From assembly GCF_964059035.1 (NCBI RefSeq), contig NZ_OZ060380.1, forward strand, positions 115,416-139,415: a stretch of 24,000 nt of DNA, written 5' to 3'. Under the pieces are notes generated by a model, which was given only the letters and a program-made list of their open reading frames with translations, was not told where the DNA came from and did not search any database. Shown piece by piece: positions 1-9,654 of this stretch; the first letter of the stretch is position 1; every line of letters starts with the position of its first letter. This DNA comes from Buchnera aphidicola (Periphyllus testudinaceus). Lineage in GTDB: Bacteria; Pseudomonadota; Gammaproteobacteria; Enterobacterales; Enterobacteriaceae. The position numbers and the translations under genes are program-made.

Positions 1-2171
1 ATAAAACAAAAATTTAATATTAACTTAATAACTTTATGAAATTGATATTTTTTATAAAATTTAATAATTTTTTTTTGAATTTTTAAAGTTTCTTGAATTG
101 CCCAAATATCTATTTTTAACATATTTTCTTTTTTAATAAAATTTTTTTTAGGATTAAAATCGTGCAGGTTTCCTAAAAAAAAACGTGCTGTATTTCTTAT
201 TTTTCTATAAGAATCAATAGTTTGTTGTAATATTTTTTCTGATATAGAAATATCTTTAGAATAATTACTTGAAGCTACCCATAAACGTAATATATCTGCT
301 CCATATTTTTTTATTACACTATTAGGGCTAATGGTATTACCAATTGATTTTGACATTTTTTTTCCATTTTCATCTATTGTAAAACCATGTGTAATAACTT
401 TTTTATACGGTGCTTTTTTTTGTAAAATTAAAGATATCATTAAAGATGACATAAACCATCCTCTATGTTGATCTGATCCTTCTATGTATAAATCTGAAAT
501 TTTTAATTTATTATTTAAATATGGATATGTTGATGAAGTATACATACATCCTGATTCAAACCAAACGTCTAAAATATCTTTAGATTTTTTATAATATTTA
601 GATTTTTCTTTTAAAAATTCATTTTTTTTAATTTTCCACCATGCTTCTATTCCATTTTTTTTAACAAGTAAAATAATTTTTTTTAAAAATTTATGTGTAT
701 TTTTATGTAATTTTCCTGTTTTTTTATGTATAAAAAAAGGTATTGGAACTCCCCAAGATCTTTGTCTAGAAACGCACCAATCTGGTCTTTTTTGAACTAA
801 TGAAATCATATTTTTTTTAGTCCAACTTGGAATCCAAGATATTTTTTTAATTTTTTTTATTGCATTTTTTTTAAAATTATTTTTATGAAGGTCAATAAAC
901 CATTGTTTAGTAGATCGAAAGATTACAGGTGATTTATGTCTCCAACAATAAGGATAAGAATGATTAATTATTGTTTTTTTTATTAAAGATTTATTTTTTT
1001 TTAAAAGAGAAATAATTGTTTTGTTAATATTAAATATGTTTTTTTGATCTAATTTTTTATGTATATTTTTTTTATAATTTCCAAATGAATCAATTAAATT
1101 TTTTGGAATAATATTATATTTTTTACATGCAATATAATCTTCTTGTCCATGAGCCGGAGCAGTATGTACAATACCTGTTCCAACATCTAATACAACATGA
1201 GTACTAAGTATTATTTGTAATTTAGTTTTAAAAAATGCATGAAAAAAGTATAAATTTTTTAGTTTTTTTCCTTTAATATTGTTTATAATTTTATATTTTT
1301 TTTTAGTAATAATTTTTATTATATCATTTGTTCTTTCTTTAGAAATTATAAACATTTTATTTTTTGTTTCTATTAAATTATATATAAATTTTGGATTAAT
1401 AGAAATTGCTTGACTTGAAGGTAAGGTCCATGGTGTAGTAGTCCAAATTATTAAATATATTTTTTTTTTATTATTTTTATCTTTTTTTATTTTAAATATC
1501 TTTAATATTTTATTTGTATTAACTGATTTTAAAGAAAAATAAATAGAATCTGATTTTTTTTCTTGATATTCTACTTCTGCTTCTGCTAATGAAGATTGGC
1601 ATTTAATACACCAATGAATCGGTTTTGATCCTTGATATAAATGTTTTTTTTTAAGAATTTTTGAAAGTATTTTAATGATATTTGATTGATTTTTATAGTC
1701 CATTGTTAACAATGAATTTTTCCAATTCGCTAAAACTCCTAATCTTTTAAAATCTTTTTTTTGATGTTTTACTTGTTTTTTAGCATATTCTCTACATTTT
1801 TTTCGAATTTCATTTTTTTTAAATTTTTTAAATATTTTTTTATATTTTTTTTCAATGCTATGTTCAATGGGTAATCCATGACAATCCCAACATGGAAAAA
1901 ATGGAACTTTATATCCAGATAAATTTTTAAATTTTATAATGATATCTTTTAAAATTTTATTTAAAGCATGACCAATGTGAATTTTTCCATTTGCATATGG
2001 TGGTCCATCATTTATAATAAACGTTTTTAAATTTTTTTTTGAATCCATTATTAATTGATATATTTTTTTTTTTTTCCATTCTTTTAATATTTCAATTTCT
2101 TTTTGAGGTAAATTTGCTTTCATTGAAAATTTTGTTTTGGGTAGTTGTAAAGTATTTCTATAATTTTTCAT
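1..2171 (-). CDS. ileS: Isoleucine--tRNA ligase (partial; 3' end beyond the left edge of the window)
   Basis: Not in the ORF track, probably because it is truncated at the edge. Minus-strand translation from ATG at 2171 gives MKNYRNTLQLPKTKFSMKANLPQKEIEILKEWKKKKIYQLIMDS..., then FIINDGPPYANGKIHIGHALNK (HIGH motif), and KMSKSIGNT at 345..359 in the same frame. The left-edge residues IDIWAIQETLKIQKKIIKFYKKYQFHKVIKLILNFCF match the IleS anticodon-binding region. The frame is consistent at all three checked points. Confidence 0.96.
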   Translation of the reverse strand, partial: MKNYRNTLQLPKTKFSMKANLPQKEIEILKEWKKKKIYQLIMDSKKNLKTFIINDGPPYANGKIHIGHALNKILKDIIIKFKNLSGYKVPFFPCWDCHGLPIEHSIEKKYKKIFKKFKKNEIRKKCREYAKKQVKHQKKDFKRLGVLANWKNSLLTMDYKNQSNIIKILSKILKKKHLYQGSKPIHWCIKCQSSLAEAEVEYQEKKSDSIYFSLKSVNTNKILKIFKIKKDKNNKKKIYLIIWTTTPWTLPSSQAISINPKFIYNLIETKNKMFIISKERTNDIIKIITKKKYKIINNIKGKKLKNLYFFHAFFKTKLQIILSTHVVLDVGTGIVHTAPAHGQEDYIACKKYNIIPKNLIDSFGNYKKNIHKKLDQKNIFNINKTIISLLKKNKSLIKKTIINHSYPYCWRHKSPVIFRSTKQWFIDLHKNNFKKNAIKKIKKISWIPSWTKKNMISLVQKRPDWCVSRQRSWGVPIPFFIHKKTGKLHKNTHKFLKKIILLVKKNGIEAWWKIKKNEFLKEKSKYYKKSKDILDVWFESGCMYTSSTYPYLNNKLKISDLYIEGSDQHRGWFMSSLMISLILQKKAPYKKVITHGFTIDENGKKMSKSIGNTISPNSVIKKYGADILRLWVASSNYSKDISISEKILQQTIDSYRKIRNTARFFLGNLHDFNPKKNFIKKENMLKIDIWAIQETLKIQKKIIKFYKKYQFHKVIKLILNFCF

Positions 2172-2281
2172 AATTGCCTTTTTAAAAAAAAATTAAAATA
2201 ATTATTTATTTTAATTTTTAAAGTTAAAAATTAAAATATATATTTTTTTATTTTATTATTTAAATTTTATAAAAAATATGT

Positions 2282-2309
2282 TTTGATCTAATTATTTTAT
2301 TAGTATAAT
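2282..2309 (+). promoter_or_regulatory. Candidate sigma70-type promoter for rpsT
   Basis: TTTGAT (2282-2287) and TATAAT (2304-2309) separated by 16 nt, about 40 nt upstream of the rpsT start. AT-rich background makes chance matches common. Confidence 0.4.
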
Positions 2310-2351
2310 AAATAATTCGTATAGTTCATTTTTAAATTAAAGGAATTTATT

Positions 2352-2633
2352 TTGGCAAATCTTAAAGCATCTAAAAAAAATGTAATTACATCTGAAAAAA
2401 AAAAAAATAGTAACAATCGGAAACGATCTATTATTAAAACATATATAAAAAAAGTATTATTTTTTATTTCATCTAATGATGTTGATAAATCTATATTTTT
2501 TTTTAATAAAGTGCAGTCTATTGTAGATAAGTATTCTTTAAAAGGAATAATACATAAAAATAAAGCAGCACGATATAAATCTAATTTATTTATTAAAATT
2601 CGTAATATGAATAATTTAAAAAATTCTAAATAA
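2352..2633 (+). CDS. rpsT: 30S ribosomal protein S20 (bS20)
   Basis: MANLKASKKNVITSEKKKNSNNRKRSIIKTYIKKV...IVDKYSLKGIIHKNKAARYKSNL matches S20. TTG start preceded by AAAGGA. Confidence 0.96.
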   Translation: MANLKASKKNVITSEKKKNSNNRKRSIIKTYIKKVLFFISSNDVDKSIFFFNKVQSIVDKYSLKGIIHKNKAARYKSNLFIKIRNMNNLKNSK

Positions 2634-2655
2634 AGTATTAGAATTTTTTTATTTT

Positions 2656-2712
2656 TTAAAATCAGTATTTTTCTAATTTTTTAAAAATTTTAGAACATTA
2701 TACTGATTTTAG
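2656..2712. terminator. Inverted repeat between convergent rpsT and dnaJ, candidate bidirectional 3'-end structure
   Basis: Arms TAAAATCAGTAT (2657-2668) and ATACTGATTTTA (2700-2711) are exact reverse complements (12 bp, including C:G and G:C pairs). An inner TCTAA/TTAGA pair nests inside. There is no clean U-tract after either arm, so terminator function is uncertain. Confidence 0.55.
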
Positions 2713-2718
2713 AAATTA

Positions 2719-3852
2719 TCATTTTGTTAAAGAATCAAAAAATTTTTTTACTCCATCAAAAAATTTTTTTGATTTAGGATTATTTTTTTCTCCTTTATTA
2801 CCTTCTAAACTATTTCTTAGTTCTTTTAATAATTTTTTTTGAGTATAGTTTAAATTTACTGGTGTTTCTATTACGACTTTACATAATAAATCTCCTATAT
2901 AGTTGTTTTTAATTGATTTAACTCCTTTTCTAGGTATTCGAAATAATTCATTAGATTGTGTTTCAGGAGGAATTTTTAATTTAATTTTTCCATATAATGT
3001 AGGAACTTCAACTATTCCACCTAAAGCTGCGATTGTAAAGCCAATAGGAATTTCGCAAAATAAATTATTTTTATCTCGTTTAAATATTGGATGTTTTTTG
3101 ACATTTATTTTTATATATAAATCACCTGAAGGTGCTCCATTTTCTCCAGATTCTCCTTCATTGTTTAATCGTATTTTATCATTATTATCTATTCCAGAAG
3201 GAATTTTTATTGAAAGTTTTTTTGATATTTTTATTTTTCCATTTCCGTAACATTTTTTACATGGATATTTTATAAATTTTCCTTTTCCATGACAGTGTGG
3301 ACATGTTTGTTGTACTGTAAAAAATCCTTTTCTCATATGTATATTTCCATTTCCATTGCAGTTTTTACAGTTTTCTGGTTGAGTTCCAGGTTTTGATTTA
3401 TTTCCATAACATGTATCACATATTTTTAAAGATGGAATATAGATTTCTTTTACTGTACCATTTACAGCTTCTTCTAAATCTAAATCTAAATTATATTGTA
3501 AATCTGCTCCTTGAGAATTTCTTTCTCTATTGTTTCCAAATATATCTCCAAAAACATCTCCAAATATATCTCCAAAATCTGTTGAATTTGTAAAATTTTC
3601 ATGAAACTCATTTCCAGAAGAATTTTGATCAAAAGCAGAATGTCCATATTTATCATATGCTTCTCTTTTATCTTTATTAATTAATATTTCATAAGCTTCT
3701 TTAATTTCTTTAAATTTTTTTTCAGAGATTTTACTATTTTTATTTCTATCAGGATGGTATTTTACTGCTAATCGTTTATATGCTCTTTTAATTTCTCTAT
3801 CGTTTGATGATCTGGAAATATTTAAAACATCATAATAATCTTTTTTTGTCAT
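2719..3852 (-). CDS. dnaJ: Chaperone protein DnaJ (Hsp40)
   Basis: J domain with [18 protein letters not shown], four CxxCxG-type zinc repeats ([32 protein letters not shown]), and the C-terminal domain. 377 aa. Confidence 0.98.
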   Translation of the reverse strand: MTKKDYYDVLNISRSSNDREIKRAYKRLAVKYHPDRNKNSKISEKKFKEIKEAYEILINKDKREAYDKYGHSAFDQNSSGNEFHENFTNSTDFGDIFGDVFGDIFGNNRERNSQGADLQYNLDLDLEEAVNGTVKEIYIPSLKICDTCYGNKSKPGTQPENCKNCNGNGNIHMRKGFFTVQQTCPHCHGKGKFIKYPCKKCYGNGKIKISKKLSIKIPSGIDNNDKIRLNNEGESGENGAPSGDLYIKINVKKHPIFKRDKNNLFCEIPIGFTIAALGGIVEVPTLYGKIKLKIPPETQSNELFRIPRKGVKSIKNNYIGDLLCKVVIETPVNLNYTQKKLLKELRNSLEGNKGEKNNPKSKKFFDGVKKFFDSLTK

Positions 3853-3881
3853 GTATATATATACCTTTTTGAAAAAAAATT

Positions 3882-3916
3882 TTTAAACGAACTTAATTTT
3901 TTTAAGCTCGTTTAAA
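3882..3916 (-). terminator. Strong intrinsic terminator/attenuator-like hairpin between dnaK and dnaJ
   Basis: Plus-strand arms 3882-3896 (TTTAAACGAACTTAA) and 3902-3916 (TTAAGCTCGTTTAAA) form 15 pairs with one G-U (minus-strand RNA), a 5-nt loop, and an 8-nt U run starting 2 nt after the stem (complement of A-run 3872-3879). Confidence 0.7.
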
Positions 3917-3949
3917 TTTTTTAATTAGTAAATTTATAAATTATTGATT

Positions 3950-5866
3950 TTATTTTTTTGGATCTTTAACTTCTTCAAATTCTGCATCTACTACGTTAGA
4001 TTCTTTTTTTGAATTTGAGTTATTGTTGTTTTTATCTTTTGAAATTTCGGGATCTTTTTTTGTTGCTTCTATTAATTTAGATGATTCTTTTAATAATTCT
4101 TGTATTTTAGATTCGATATCTTGTTTGTTTTCTTTTTTTAATGCTTCGTCTAAATTTTTTAATGCTAATTCGATAGATTTTATATCTTCATCTTTTAATT
4201 TATTTCTACATTCATTAAGTTGTTTTTTTGTACTATGAGAAATTTGATCTCCTTGATTTCTAATTTGAACTAGTTCTTCAAATTTTCTATCTTCTTCTGA
4301 ATTTTCTTCAGCTTCTGAAATCATTTTTTTAATTTCTTCTTCTTTTAATCCAGATGATGCTTTTATAATAATTTTTTGTTTTTTTCCTGTTTTTTTATCT
4401 TTTGCTGAAACATGAAGTATGCCATCAGAATCAATATCAAAAGTAACTTCTATTTGAGCCATTCCTCTAGGAGCTGGTTGTATACCATCTAAATTAAATT
4501 GCCCTAATGATTTATTATCAATAGATCTTTTTCTTTCACCTTGTAAAACATGAATTGTAACAGCAGATTGATTATCTTCTGCGGTTGAAAATATTTGACT
4601 ATGTTTTGTTGGAATTGTAGTATTTTTATTAATTACAGGAGTCATTATTCCTCCCATAGTTTCAATTCCAAGAGATAATGGAGTTACGTCTAATAAAAGA
4701 ACATCTTTTACATCTCCTGATAAAACTCCACCTTGTACTGCAGCTCCTATTGCTACTGCTTCATCTGGGTTAACATCTTTTCTTGGTTTTTTTCCAAAAA
4801 ATTTTGATACTGCGTTTTGAACCATTGGCATTCTTGTTTGCCCACCTACTAAAATTATATCATTTATATCTTTAATAGATAGTTTTGCATCATTTAAAGC
4901 AACTTTTAAAGTTTTAATAGATCTTTTTATTAGATCTTCTACTAGAGATTCTAATTTAGATCTTGTAACTTTTATATTAAGGTGTTTTGGACCATTTGAA
5001 TCTGCTGTAATGTAAGGAAGATTAACATTTGTTTCTTGTGAAGAAGATAATTCAATTTTAGCTTTTTCAGCTGCTTCTTTTAATCTTTGCATAGCTAAAG
5101 AATCATTTTTTAAATTAAATTTTTGTTCTTTTTTAAATTCGTCTACTAAATAATTTATTAATTTACTATCAAAATCTTCTCCTCCAAGATGTGTATCTCC
5201 GTTTGTTGCTAAGACTTCAAAAGTTTTTTCTTTATCTACTTCATCTATTTCTATAATAGAAATATCGAAAGTTCCTCCACCTAAATCATAAACAGCAATA
5301 ATTTTATTTCCTTTATTTTTATCTAATCCATATGCAAGAGCTGCTGCAGTTGGTTCATTAATAATTCTTTTTACTGTTAATCCTGCTATTTTACCTGCAT
5401 CTTTTGTAGCTTGTCTTTGAGCATCATTAAAGTACGCTGGAACAGTAATAACTGCTTCAGATATTTTTTCACCTAAATAATCTTCTGCTGTTTTTTTCAT
5501 TTTTTTTAAAATTTCAGCAGATATTTGAGGAGGTGCCATTTTTTTATTTTTAATATCGATCCATGCGTCATTATTTTGTGATTTTATTATTTTATATGGC
5601 ATTATTTCTATATCACGCTGAACTTCTTCATCTGTAAATTTTCTTCCAATTAATCTTTTTATAGCAAATAAAGTATTTTTTGGATTAGTTACAGATTGTC
5701 TTTTAGCTGGTTGGCCAACTAAAATTTCTCCATTTTCTGTATATGCAATAACAGAAGGTGTGGTTCTTTCTCCTTCAGAATTTTCTAAAACTTTAGCTTT
5801 ATTTCCATCCATAATAGCAACACAAGAATTAGTAGTTCCTAAGTCGATTCCAATTATTTTACTCAT
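3950..5866 (-). CDS. dnaK: Chaperone protein DnaK (Hsp70)
   Basis: [21 protein letters not shown]..., [36 protein letters not shown]-type motif, C-terminal [18 protein letters not shown] upstream. 638 aa, as in E. coli. Confidence 0.99.
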   Translation of the reverse strand: MSKIIGIDLGTTNSCVAIMDGNKAKVLENSEGERTTPSVIAYTENGEILVGQPAKRQSVTNPKNTLFAIKRLIGRKFTDEEVQRDIEIMPYKIIKSQNNDAWIDIKNKKMAPPQISAEILKKMKKTAEDYLGEKISEAVITVPAYFNDAQRQATKDAGKIAGLTVKRIINEPTAAALAYGLDKNKGNKIIAVYDLGGGTFDISIIEIDEVDKEKTFEVLATNGDTHLGGEDFDSKLINYLVDEFKKEQKFNLKNDSLAMQRLKEAAEKAKIELSSSQETNVNLPYITADSNGPKHLNIKVTRSKLESLVEDLIKRSIKTLKVALNDAKLSIKDINDIILVGGQTRMPMVQNAVSKFFGKKPRKDVNPDEAVAIGAAVQGGVLSGDVKDVLLLDVTPLSLGIETMGGIMTPVINKNTTIPTKHSQIFSTAEDNQSAVTIHVLQGERKRSIDNKSLGQFNLDGIQPAPRGMAQIEVTFDIDSDGILHVSAKDKKTGKKQKIIIKASSGLKEEEIKKMISEAEENSEEDRKFEELVQIRNQGDQISHSTKKQLNECRNKLKDEDIKSIELALKNLDEALKKENKQDIESKIQELLKESSKLIEATKKDPEISKDKNNNNSNSKKESNVVDAEFEEVKDPKK

Positions 5867-5948
5867 ATTTTATTTTCCTATGATATTTTATTAAATATTA
5901 TTTTTTTAAAAAAATTTTAAAATTTTAAATTATTATCAATAATAATAA

Positions 5949-5975
5949 AATGTGGGCTTTTTATAAGACTACAAG
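5949..5975 (-). promoter_or_regulatory. Candidate sigma32 heat-shock promoter of dnaK-dnaJ
   Basis: Minus strand reads CTTGTAG (5975-5969), a 12-nt spacer, then CCCACAT (5956-5950). This resembles CTTGAAA-N11-16-CCCCATnT. The G/C cluster is conspicuous in an otherwise nearly GC-free intergenic region. Confidence 0.6.
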
Positions 5976-6167
5976 TCTTTTATGAAAAATATTATTTTTT
6001 TATTAAAATGTTTTTTTTTAATATTTTATTTTTATGAGTTTTTTTTTAAAAAAAATTAATAGTGTTATTATACTTTAAAAACAATTATTTTACATAAGAT
6101 AAATAGATTAAAAAATTTAATTTAATTTTTTTTTTATTTTTTATTTTTAAAAGAAATAGGAAAATTT

Positions 6168-6545
6168 ATGTTTAATCAAAATATTATTGAATATATAGGA
6201 GTTTTTTCTTTTATATTATTTACTTTTTTTTTCTGTTTTATTTCTTTGTTTATGAGTTTTATTTTAGGGGGAAAATCTGATTCTAGTTCTAAAAATATTC
6301 CATTTGAATCAGGAGCTCCTTCAACTGGAAATGTGAATTTGAAATTTACTATAAAATTTTATTTAATTGCTATATTTTTTGTAATATTTGATATAGAGTC
6401 TATGTATTTATATGCATGGTCAACATGTGTTCGTGAGAACGGTTGGATTGGTTTTGCAGAAGTATCTTTTTTTATTTTTATGATATTATTGTCTTTATTA
6501 TATTTATTTCGTGTAAGGGCATTGAATTGGATAGATAAAGATTAA
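6168..6545 (+). CDS. nuoA: NADH-quinone oxidoreductase subunit A
   Basis: [45 protein letters not shown] matches NuoA. First gene of the nuo operon. Confidence 0.97.
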   Translation: MFNQNIIEYIGVFSFILFTFFFCFISLFMSFILGGKSDSSSKNIPFESGAPSTGNVNLKFTIKFYLIAIFFVIFDIESMYLYAWSTCVRENGWIGFAEVSFFIFMILLSLLYLFRVRALNWIDKD

Positions 6546-6595
6546 AAAAAATTATAAAAAAATTAATAATTATTTTTCATCTAAAAAGAGAATAT

Positions 6596-7270
6596 ATGAA
6601 ATATACTTTAACAAAAATAAATTTTAATAATAGTAATTCGAATAGTAATTCAAAAAAAAAAAAAATTTATAATGATCCTATAAAAAATTCAATAAAGAAT
6701 AATGTTTTTTTTGGTAATTTAAAAAAAATTCTTCATAATATTGTGAATTGGGGTAGAAAAAATTCTTTATGGCCTTATAATTTTGGTTTGTCTTGTTGTT
6801 ATGTAGAAATGGTTACATCTTTTACTTCTGTTCATGATGTTTCTCGTTTTGGATCGGAAGTATTAAGAGCTTCTCCAAGACAAGCAGACGTTATGGTTAT
6901 TGCTGGAACTCCATTTATTAAAATGGCTCCTATAATAAAGCGTTTATACGATCAAATGTTAGAACCAAAATGGGTTATTTCAATGGGCTCTTGTGCAAAT
7001 TCTGGTGGAATGTATGATATTTATTCAGTTGTTCAGGGAATTGATAAAATTCTTCCAGTGGATGTTTATATACCTGGTTGTCCTCCTCGACCTGAAGCTT
7101 ATATTCAAGGATTAATGCTTTTACAAAAATCTATTGCAAAAGAAAGAAGACCTTTATCATGGATTATTGGTGATCAAGGAATTTATAAAGCTGATTTAAA
7201 ATCTGAAAAATATAGAAATAAATTAAAAGTTCAATCTATGTATGATTTTAAAAATCCAAATGAAATTTAA
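6596..7270 (+). CDS. nuoB: NADH-quinone oxidoreductase subunit B
   Basis: [56 protein letters not shown]...[10 protein letters not shown] matches NuoB. N2 cluster cysteines retained. Confidence 0.98.
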   Translation: MKYTLTKINFNNSNSNSNSKKKKIYNDPIKNSIKNNVFFGNLKKILHNIVNWGRKNSLWPYNFGLSCCYVEMVTSFTSVHDVSRFGSEVLRASPRQADVMVIAGTPFIKMAPIIKRLYDQMLEPKWVISMGSCANSGGMYDIYSVVQGIDKILPVDVYIPGCPPRPEAYIQGLMLLQKSIAKERRPLSWIIGDQGIYKADLKSEKYRNKLKVQSMYDFKNPNEI

Positions 7271-7353
7271 TTTACTTTTATGAAATTTTATTTCTTTTAT
7301 TAATTTTTATAACATATTATTATATTATTTTAAAATAGGGTGTTTGGAAATTT

Positions 7354-9153
7354 ATGATAAATTCCAATAAAAATAATTTTTCTTTAAAGAATAATATAGA
7401 TAAAAAAAATTATAGCTTATCGATTCTTAAAAAGTTATATAATTTTTTTGGTTCAAAGACATTTTTTATTCAATCTACTTCAATTAATTGTCCTATTGTA
7501 TGGATAGAACGTGAAAATTTATTAAAGGTAATTATTTTTTTATTTAAAAAAAATAAATTTTATGACATGTTATTTGATTTACATGCAATAGATGAAAGAG
7601 TAAGAATTCATAAAGAAAGTTTTCCTAAATGTGATTTCTCTGTTTTTTATCATTTTTTATCAGTATCTAATAATTCAGATATTATATTAAAAGTTCCTTT
7701 ATTTGAAAAGAATTTAGAAATTAGTACTATTACGAATATTTGTTTAAATTCAAATTGGTATGAAAGAGAAGTATGGGATATGTTTGGAATTTCTTTTTTA
7801 GGGCATCCAAATTTAACTCGAATTATTATGCCTAAAAAATGGATAGGCCATCCTTTAAGAAAAGATTATCCTGCTCGAGCAACTGAATTTTCTCCTTATA
7901 GTTTAACTAAAGAAATAGAAAAATTGGAAATGAGTGCTTTAAAATTTCATCCTAAAGAATGGGGAATGAAAAAAAAAGATAAAAATGAAGATTATATGTT
8001 TTTAAATTTAGGTCCTAATCATCCATCTGCTCATGGTGCATTTCGAATTATATTACAACTAAAAGGAGAAAAAATTATTAATTGTGTTCCTGATATTGGA
8101 TATCATCATCGAGGAGCAGAAAAAATGAGTGAAAGGCAGTCTTGGCATAGTTATATTCCTTATACAGATAGAATAGAATATTTAGGTGGTTGTATTAATG
8201 AAATGCCTTATGTATTATCTATTGAAAAATTAGCTGGAATAAAAGTTTCTACAAGAGTTGAATTTATTCGAATTATGTTATCTGAATTATTTCGTATTAA
8301 TAGTCATTTGTTATATGTTTCTACTTTTATTCAAGATGTGGGTGCAATGAGTACTGTTTTTTTAGCTTTTACAGATCGTCAAAAAATTTATGATGTTATA
8401 GAATTGATTACAGGATTTAGAATGCATCCAGCATGGTTTCGAATTGGAGGGGTAGCTAGAGATTTACCTAAGGGATGGAATGATTCTTTAAAAAAGTTAT
8501 TAAAATGGATACCAAAAAGATTAAATTTATATATTAATGTAGCTTTAAAAAATAGTATTTTAATTTCTCGTTCTAAAGGAGTAGCAGAATATTCTTCAAA
8601 AGAAGCATTAGATTGGGGAGTTACTGGAGCAGGATTAAGAGCTACTGGTGTAAATTTTGATGTAAGAAAATTAAGACCTTATTCAGGATATCAAAATTTT
8701 GATTTTGAGGTTCCTTTAGGAAATGGGGTTAGTGATTGTTATAGTAGAGTTATGTTAAAAGTTGAAGAAATATATCAAAGTTTAAAAATTTTAGAGCAAT
8801 GTTTAAAAAATATGCCTGAAGGAGAATATAAATCTAATCATCCTTTAACTACTCCTCCTAATAAAAAACATACTCTTCAAAATATAGAAACTTTAATTAC
8901 TCATTTTTTGCAAGTTTCTTGGGGAACTGTAATTCCTTGTGGAGAAAGTTTTCAAATGATTGAAGCAACAAAAGGGATAAATAGTTATTATATAATTAGT
9001 GATGGCGGCACAATGAGTTATAGAACTAGAATACGAACACCTAGTTTTCCTCATTTACAACAAATTCCTTCAGTTATTAAAAATCATGTAATATCAGATT
9101 TAATTACATATTTGGGAAGTATTGATTTTGTGATGTCTGATGTAGATAGGTAA
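7354..9153 (+). CDS. nuoC: NADH-quinone oxidoreductase subunit C/D (fused)
   Basis: 599 aa. N-terminal NuoC domain ([23 protein letters not shown]) fused to NuoD ([16 protein letters not shown]...HYRGAEK-like HHRGAEK...[12 protein letters not shown]). Often named nuoC or nuoCD in gammaproteobacteria. Confidence 0.98.
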   Translation: MINSNKNNFSLKNNIDKKNYSLSILKKLYNFFGSKTFFIQSTSINCPIVWIERENLLKVIIFLFKKNKFYDMLFDLHAIDERVRIHKESFPKCDFSVFYHFLSVSNNSDIILKVPLFEKNLEISTITNICLNSNWYEREVWDMFGISFLGHPNLTRIIMPKKWIGHPLRKDYPARATEFSPYSLTKEIEKLEMSALKFHPKEWGMKKKDKNEDYMFLNLGPNHPSAHGAFRIILQLKGEKIINCVPDIGYHHRGAEKMSERQSWHSYIPYTDRIEYLGGCINEMPYVLSIEKLAGIKVSTRVEFIRIMLSELFRINSHLLYVSTFIQDVGAMSTVFLAFTDRQKIYDVIELITGFRMHPAWFRIGGVARDLPKGWNDSLKKLLKWIPKRLNLYINVALKNSILISRSKGVAEYSSKEALDWGVTGAGLRATGVNFDVRKLRPYSGYQNFDFEVPLGNGVSDCYSRVMLKVEEIYQSLKILEQCLKNMPEGEYKSNHPLTTPPNKKHTLQNIETLITHFLQVSWGTVIPCGESFQMIEATKGINSYYIISDGGTMSYRTRIRTPSFPHLQQIPSVIKNHVISDLITYLGSIDFVMSDVDR

Positions 9154-9159
9154 AATACA

Positions 9160-9654
9160 ATGATGAAAAATAATAGTAAAGATAAAATTTATATTAATTC
9201 TTTAATTAAAAACGAAATTAATAAAATACAAAATAATTTTAAAAATAATCAATCAATTTTGATTGAATCTTTAAAAATTGTACAAAAGTATTATGGATGG
9301 GTATCTGATAGTTCTATTGAGTTTCTTTCTAAAATATTAAATTTATCTACAAGTAATATAGATAGTGTTGCTACTTTTTATAGTCAAATTTTCAGAAAAC
9401 CTGTAGGTCGTTATGTTATAAAAATTTGTGATAGTATGGTTTGTTATATTACAGGATATAAAAAAATTAAAAAAGTAATTCAAAAACATTTAAAAATTAA
9501 ATTTGGAGAAACGACTATAGATAAAAATTTTACTTTTCTTCCAATTTGTTGTTTAGGTGCTTGTTATAAAAGCCCGGTAGTTATGATAAATAATAAAACA
9601 TATTTCTGTGTAAAAAAGAAATTTATTTTAAAATTATTGGATTCTATAAAATGA
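9160..9654 (+). CDS. nuoE: NADH-quinone oxidoreductase subunit E
   Basis: [31 protein letters not shown]...CCLGAC matches NuoE with the N1a cysteine pattern. Confidence 0.97.
   Translation: MMKNNSKDKIYINSLIKNEINKIQNNFKNNQSILIESLKIVQKYYGWVSDSSIEFLSKILNLSTSNIDSVATFYSQIFRKPVGRYVIKICDSMVCYITGYKKIKKVIQKHLKIKFGETTIDKNFTFLPICCLGACYKSPVVMINNKTYFCVKKKFILKLLDSIK

Noticed and set aside
2903-3250. 115-aa plus-strand ORF opposite dnaJ
   Set aside because: Antisense shadow of a well-conserved gene; sequence is a complement-derived low-complexity reading with no independent RBS or recognisable family.
3393-3593. 66-aa plus-strand ORF opposite dnaJ
   Set aside because: Antisense shadow over the zinc and G/F region ([14 protein letters not shown]... 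and repeated LQIYLQNLL arises from the opposite-strand repeats); no family match.
4023-4238. 71-aa plus-strand ORF opposite the dnaK C-terminus
   Set aside because: Antisense shadow within dnaK; Ser/Phe/Asn-rich reading expected from reverse of Lys/Glu-rich coding.
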